Assembly: GCA_026987025.1 (NCBI GenBank)
Contig: JALSNJ010000029.1
Span: forward strand, 15,695-79,694
Direction: 5' to 3'
DNA length: 64,000 nucleotides
Source of the DNA: Candidatus Aminicenantes bacterium
GTDB lineage: Bacteria; Acidobacteriota; Aminicenantia; S016-38
Part shown: one piece after another, positions 62,841 to 64,000 of the stretch
How the letters are laid out: every line of letters starts with the position of its first letter
Numbering within the stretch: position 1 is the stretch's first letter
Translations under genes and position numbers: made by a program
Notes under the pieces: generated by a model
Database searches by the model: none
What the model was told of the DNA's origin: nothing
The model's input: only the letters and a program-made list of their open reading frames with translations

Positions 62841-64000
62841 ATGAAGAAAGTTTTTGGTTTTCTGGCTCTAATTTCATTTCTTTGGGCTTCGAGTTTTAAG
62901 GTTTCAAGGATTGAGATTTACCCGGGGGGCGCCAGGGTTTACCTCCATGGGACCGTAGGGCAGGACGGAAAGCTCGTTTTAGCTCCCCTACCCAGGGATA
63001 TCTCGGAGGTTTTTTCCAGCCAGCCGGATTTCAACGTAAGGGATTTCTTAAATAAAAAACTGCCGGCCCGGGCCCTGCAGGCGAAGAAGAAATACTTAAA
63101 TTACAAATCCCAGGTGGAAAGGCTGGAACAGAGCGCAAAAGCCCTCAGGGGCAAACGATCTTTTTACAAAGCTTCCTTGGAAAACCTGGCCAAGGGTTTT
63201 TCCCGCCGGGCGGTCCCCGGATGGTCCAGGCTCTTAGAGGATTTTTCCTCAAGGATTTCGGAACTGGACAAGAAAATAGCCCTCCTTGAGAAGAGGAGGG
63301 AGGAGCTTCTTCCGGAGCTTAAGATGGCGGAGGAGGAGTGGGAGAAGGTGAGGCCTTCTGTGGAGAGGGCTAAGATGGTGGTGATAAGGGGAAATCCCGG
63401 CGATGAGGTGGAATTTTCCTTCAACACTTCCGCCGTTTCCATGGGGGTTTTTTATCGGGTGGAGGCTTTTCTTGATACATCCCGGCTGGAACTGAAGGCC
63501 TACTGCCTCCTCAATTCTAAGCTCCCGACGGACCTGAGCGCCGAGGTTTACCTCCTGCCGGCCAAACCCGCCTTTTACCTTTCCCTTCCCTACCAGGAGA
63601 GGTGGGACCTTACCCTGTGGAGGCCTTATCCCAAGCGGAGGATGATGCCTCTGGCCGCCCCCACCACCCTGGAGGAAACCAAATCAGCCCCGGTTAGGGC
63701 AAAGACCGTGGGCCTTTACAGGACGGTTTTCCTGGGCAGGAGGGAGGTTAAGTTCGGCGAAAATCGCTATTCCCTTTTCGGCAAAAAACTGGAAGGGGAG
63801 ATAACCTGGGAGGCTTATCCGGCCCTTTCCTCCAAGGTTTTTGTGGTTTTCAGGGGCAGGAATACCACTGGATTCCACCTTCCTGCAGCCCGGGCCCTTT
63901 TCTTTATGGATGGTGCCCTTTCCAGGGTGGACAGGCTTCCCTCTGTGGCCATGAATCACCCCCTGGAGCTTCTCCTGGGCGAGGACCCCAATTTCAAGGT
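62841..64000 (+). CDS. DUF4140/DUF4139 (MuiA-like) exported protein; truncated by the window edge
   Basis: Manual translation MKKVFGFLALISFLWASSFKVSRIEIYPGGARVY..., coiled coil, ends ...LELLLGEDPNFK; SD GGAGG; TGTTATAAT upstream. Confidence 0.75.
   Translation, partial: MKKVFGFLALISFLWASSFKVSRIEIYPGGARVYLHGTVGQDGKLVLAPLPRDISEVFSSQPDFNVRDFLNKKLPARALQAKKKYLNYKSQVERLEQSAKALRGKRSFYKASLENLAKGFSRRAVPGWSRLLEDFSSRISELDKKIALLEKRREELLPELKMAEEEWEKVRPSVERAKMVVIRGNPGDEVEFSFNTSAVSMGVFYRVEAFLDTSRLELKAYCLLNSKLPTDLSAEVYLLPAKPAFYLSLPYQERWDLTLWRPYPKRRMMPLAAPTTLEETKSAPVRAKTVGLYRTVFLGRREVKFGENRYSLFGKKLEGEITWEAYPALSSKVFVVFRGRNTTGFHLPAARALFFMDGALSRVDRLPSVAMNHPLELLLGEDPNFK

Overview
Very gene-dense core chromosome of a diderm bacterium, probably thermophilic (AGG/ATA codon preference, K/E-rich proteins). 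The gene order resembles Acidobacteriota/Ca. Aminicenantes, which is an inference. The window holds about 60 CDS and 3 tRNAs (Ala-CGC, Arg-ACG, Leu-CAG); I found no mobile elements, CRISPR array or rRNA. Main blocks: (1) an arcE-like/arcC/argF arginine catabolic cluster with no arginine deiminase, flanked by a PUR-family protein gene and a 567-aa unknown; (2) a shortened TldD/PmbA pair facing an unannotated 39-aa membrane peptide; (3) two glutamine synthetases; (4) ZnuABC; (5) folE2-folP-folK; (6) a ribH-nusB-lysS-lolCD-clp-bamA-skp-fabZ-lpxA-lpxI-gnnA-like envelope operon without lpxD; (7) rpsO-pnp, three pseudopilins and lpxB; (8) a PDZ/GAF/PAS kinase with a sigma54 regulator; (9) a superoxide reductase, an orphan hypC, an eIF2B-like protein, wzm/wzt and MacB-type permeases. 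Non-coding signals of note: many genes look leaderless (-10 box 6-9 nt before the start codon, no Shine-Dalgarno), each tRNA is followed within 9-18 nt by an SD-less gene, convergent genes overlap at their stop codons, and ACGT appears strongly avoided. All calls come from reading motifs by eye; no searches were run.
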